A DNA stretch of 23,681 nt from Prasinococcaceae sp. CCMP 1430. Taxonomy: Eukaryota; Plantae; Prasinodermophyta. Under the pieces are notes generated by a model. The model had not been told where the DNA came from. It did not search any database and worked only from the letters and a program-made list of their open reading frames with translations. Where the stretch lies: NCBI GenBank assembly GCA_013416795.1, contig RQSC01000028.1, positions 795,057 through 818,737 of the forward strand. Direction: 5' to 3'. Positions 20,626 to 23,681 of this stretch are shown here, piece by piece. The position numbers and the translations under genes are program-made. Within the stretch, counting starts at the first letter, position 1; every line of letters begins with the position of its first letter.

Positions 20626-20626
20626 N
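20626..20626. other. Single N marking a probable contig/scaffold junction
   Basis: It is the only ambiguous base and coincides exactly with the end of the inverted repeat and the truncated start of the CWF19L2 frame. Confidence 0.85.
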
Positions 20627-22531
20627 GCGAGCGGCTCTTGGCGGCGGGCAGAGCGCCCGCGGGGCGGCGAGCGACGCGACGACGACCGCGGTGGACGAAA
20701 TCGCGCGCGCGATGACGATCGGCGCGTGCCCGACGGAGACAGGCGCGAGCGGGGTGGCGGCGGGGGGCGCGGCGCGGAGCTGCGCAGCAGGCCCGGGCTA
20801 GGGGCGAAGCCCCTGTCCGAGGAGGAGCAGTGGGAGCGCGACCAGCAGCCGCGTCCACGCAGTGGCGGCGTGGCAGCAAACGCATTCGCGAGCGATGGGT
20901 CGTTCATGGCGCGCTTCACCGCGGCGGCGGGGGGTGGCGGCAAGGATCAGGGCGCTGCGGCAGGGGAGAACGCGAAGGCCTCCGCCGCCTTGCCAGCCAC
21001 TGCACCAGGGGAGGAAGCACGCAGCGCCCTGGCGGCGCTCGCTGCCCTCGCACCGGGCGGGGCGGGAGTGGGCTCGGCCGGGACCGTGCCAGGCCCGACC
21101 CCGGCCGCCAAGGCGACAGAGCGAACGGCCCCTGTCCCCGCCCCTGCGCCCGCCCCTGCGCCCGCTCCCGTGCCCGTGCCCTCGCCCGCGCCCAGTGCCA
21201 CTCCCGCGTCTGCTCCGGCCGCGAGTGGCAACGCGTCCGTCGCCGCCATGCTGCGCGCCAAGCTCGGTGGCAGGCCGATGGCCAAACCGGCGGCGCCTGC
21301 ACAGCTCCCCGCGGCGCCGGCGCAGCCGAAGGTCACGCCTGTGGCGGCACCCGCGGCTGTCGCCCCGGGCCCGCAGGAGCGACAACCCAAGCAGCTCCCC
21401 GTCATCGACAACAGCGGCCGCATGGCCGACTACTCGGGCGCCGCGCAGGGGGGCGTGAACGCCGCCACAGGCCGCGCGCAGCCTAAGCGCGTAGAACGCT
21501 ACGGCGAGGACGGACACAAAGCGCGATACTTTGCCTCGGATGACGCCGAGGGCAAGGATCTGGCCACACTGCGGGCGGCTGAGCACAAACGCCGCGCTGG
21601 AGATCTCGACGAGAACATGGCGCGCAACATCGTCCGCGGACACCAGCGCTACAAGGGGCCGACGTCCGCCGACGACGAGTACGACTACGACATGGGCGTG
21701 GAGGCAGGCGACCCGCGCACGTCCAAGCGCGCGCGCCGCGACGGCAACTTTGCTGCATCAGCCGCGCGCGCGCGCGGCATTGCCGACGCACGTTCGCTGG
21801 AACGCGCGGCGGCGAGCGACTGGCTGCGCGCGACGCCGCATCTGGTGCTCGCCGCGAGCGAGCGCGCGTACCTCATGCTTGCGCCGGCGACCGACCGCGT
21901 TGTGGAGAACCACTGCTACGTAGTGCCGATGGAGCACTCCGGCGCGACGCGCTCTCTGGACGACGGCACGTGGGAAGACATGCGAAACTTCAAGAAATGC
22001 CTCATGCGTATGTGGGGCGAGCGTGGCAGGCAGGTGGTCTTCTTGGAGACTGCGATGAAACTCGACAAGAAGGGCGCGCCGCCGAGGTGCTACGTGGAGT
22101 GTGTGCCTGTCTCCGCGGAGGCGTTTAGCCTCGCACCAATGCATTTCAAGCGTGCCATCGACGAGGCGGAGGACGAGTGGTCGACACATGCCGCCAAGCG
22201 CCTCATTGATACGAGCGGCAGGGGGCTGCGCGCGAGCGTGCCGGTGGGTTTCGCGTACTTCCACGTCGAGTTCGGCCTGCGGCAAGGCTACGCGCACGTG
22301 ATCGATGACGAGCTGCGCTGGAAGAGGTCGTTCGGCCGCGACGTGCTCAAGGGTGCGATGGGCATCGAGGACAGGGGCGGGCGCAGGCCGAAGCCGAATC
22401 CTGCGCTCGACGCCCAAGCCGCCGCCAAACTCAAAGCGGTCTACGCCAAGTACGACTGGGTGCCGCAGCTGGCCGACGCCGCGAGGGCACGGGCGGGCGG
22501 CGCTCAGGCAGGTGGCAGCGGTGGTCCCTAG
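20627..22531 (+). CDS. CWF19L2: CWF19-like protein 2 (CwfJ C1/C2 domains, intron-lariat spliceosome factor), 5'-truncated at the N
   Basis: The frame is open from 20627 (ASGSWRRAER...RD-rich) with no ATG. Motifs: DGSFMARF, YFASDD, DLDENMARNI, DDEYDY, HCYVVPMEH, WEDMRNFKKCLMRMW, VVFLET, ECVP, FKRAIDEAEDEWSTH, YFHVEFG, GYAHVIDD. Confidence 0.92.
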   Translation, partial: ASGSWRRAERPRGGERRDDDRGGRNRARDDDRRVPDGDRRERGGGGGRGAELRSRPGLGAKPLSEEEQWERDQQPRPRSGGVAANAFASDGSFMARFTAAAGGGGKDQGAAAGENAKASAALPATAPGEEARSALAALAALAPGGAGVGSAGTVPGPTPAAKATERTAPVPAPAPAPAPAPVPVPSPAPSATPASAPAASGNASVAAMLRAKLGGRPMAKPAAPAQLPAAPAQPKVTPVAAPAAVAPGPQERQPKQLPVIDNSGRMADYSGAAQGGVNAATGRAQPKRVERYGEDGHKARYFASDDAEGKDLATLRAAEHKRRAGDLDENMARNIVRGHQRYKGPTSADDEYDYDMGVEAGDPRTSKRARRDGNFAASAARARGIADARSLERAAASDWLRATPHLVLAASERAYLMLAPATDRVVENHCYVVPMEHSGATRSLDDGTWEDMRNFKKCLMRMWGERGRQVVFLETAMKLDKKGAPPRCYVECVPVSAEAFSLAPMHFKRAIDEAEDEWSTHAAKRLIDTSGRGLRASVPVGFAYFHVEFGLRQGYAHVIDDELRWKRSFGRDVLKGAMGIEDRGGRRPKPNPALDAQAAAKLKAVYAKYDWVPQLADAARARAGGAQAGGSGGP

Positions 22532-22728
22532 CAAAGTAGCGAGGGCCAGCAGCGGGGCCGTGCGCAGCGGTGTAAGAATGCGCATGTACAGTACCATACG
22601 AGGGCGCGCAATCCGCGCGGCCCACGCGCGCACGTGCACCCTCTACGCCCTACAAATTGTTGTGTGGTTGCTCAAGTGTGTTTGTTGTGTAGTCGGTCGT
22701 GCCAGGGGAGCTCTGGCCGGGCGTCCGG

Positions 22729-23681
22729 CTAGGCGACGCACTCGGCGATGGCCACCGAGAGCGAGTCCATTGCGTCCACGAGTGGCACCCCGCACGCGTC
22801 GCGCGGGCAGTAAGTGCCAATGTCGGTGCAGCCCAGCACGATCGCCTGGGCGCCTGCCGCCTCGAGCTCGCGCGCGGCGGCAGCGAGCACCTCGACCGCC
22901 TTGGTGCCGTCGGCAAGCACGCCCGTCTTTCCGGTGCCCACGCTCTCCACCGCCTCTTGGATGCGCGCCTGCGTGGTCTCCGTGGGGATGACCATCTCCT
23001 TCCCCCACAGCTCCATCTTGACTGTCAGCGTGGTCGCGAGGAGGCCGAGCGGCTTGCGGCCGTCGCTCTCGCATTTCTCGATGGTCTTGTTGACCATGTG
23101 GATGGTCTCCAGCTCGGGCACGTCCTCGCTCAGCTTGTCGAACCATTGGTGTGCGGTGCAGCACGGAAAGCAGACGTGCGTGCACCCATGCTCGTCGCGG
23201 AGGGCCTTCGTCCCGCGTAGCATGCTCACGTAGCACCCCTCGGGGTCGACGGAGCAGCGCGGCATCTCAAGGTCCGCCCACATCACCACGCGATCGGGGT
23301 CGGCGGCGTTGCCACCCAGCTTCGGGGCGCGCGCATCGTGCGCGAGTGCACCAGGGAGCCAGGGTGCGAGCGCGCCGCGGGAGCCCGCCGGGAGGGCAGG
23401 TAGCGTCAGCGCTTGGACGTGGGACGCGAGGGGTGGGGTGGGGGGTGGGTGGGGGGGACTCCTCAGGGAGAGGGGGCGGGTCGACCAATGCGCGCGCGCG
23501 ATGCAGATGCGCCACGGGAAGGGGATGCGTGCGTGGCGTCGTGGCTAACGCACCGCGGCAAGCCTCGCCATGAAGTCATCGTTGGTCACTGGGAACGCCC
23601 CGCCGAGCACGCCGACCTTGGGCACGCCCGCGCCCGCGCCCGCCGCCGTCGCCTCCGCCCCGCGCGGCAGGCAGCGCGCCG
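22729..23681 (-). CDS. Aspartate/glutamate racemase-family protein with an N-terminal extension; exons >23681..23554 and 23319..22729
   Basis: KVGVLGGAFPVTNDDFMARL matches the IGILGGMGP motif. The two catalytic Cys motifs are FPCCTAH and VLGCTDI. LGLLAT and LVDAMDSL are also present. Intron 23320..23553 has a GTGCGT donor, GCTGAC branch site and GAAG acceptor. Confidence 0.88.

Noticed and set aside
1-22531. TLK, bromodomain, CNTD1, FANCB and CWF19L2 as a functional genome-maintenance cluster
   Set aside because: Unrelated genes are interspersed and orientations are mixed. Chance co-location in a compact genome is sufficient without synteny or co-expression data.
247-23573. Numerous antisense and alternative-frame ORFs overlapping the called genes
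   Set aside because: These are expected at about 70% GC. They are low-complexity R/A/P/G products with no recognisable motifs.
1-23681. CRISPR arrays, rRNA/tRNA genes, Introner-type repeated introns, prokaryotic operons
   Set aside because: No repeat-spacer arrays or recognisable structural RNA genes were seen. The six introns share no obvious sequence similarity, and the DNA is intron-containing eukaryotic sequence.

Overview
High-GC, gene-dense eukaryotic genomic DNA, most likely a green alga of prasinophyte grade (inferred from GT-AG introns with CTRAY branch sites, TGTAA motifs after several stops and plant-type gene families). About ten genes lie in order: Tousled-like kinase (5'-truncated, +); an NT-C2/SH3/coiled-coil protein (-); an apparent in-frame fusion of a FAN/NSMAF-type PH-BEACH module to the C-terminal solenoid and RING-H2 of VPS11 (-); a CCT protein with only half a receiver domain (+); a plant BRD1/2/13-type bromodomain protein (+); a CNTD1/COSA-1-like cyclin (-); an SLC35F6-like transporter (+); a FANCB-like protein (-); CWF19L2 (+, 5' end lost at an N); and an Asp/Glu racemase-family protein (-, runs off the window). 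A 2625-bp inverted repeat (15305-17929 / 18001-20625, 71-nt spacer) ends exactly at the only N and is probably a fold-back assembly artefact. The best novelty candidates are the BEACH-VPS11 fusion, in which both parents lack their beta-propellers, and the CNTD1-like gene. All family assignments come from recalled motifs, not database searches.
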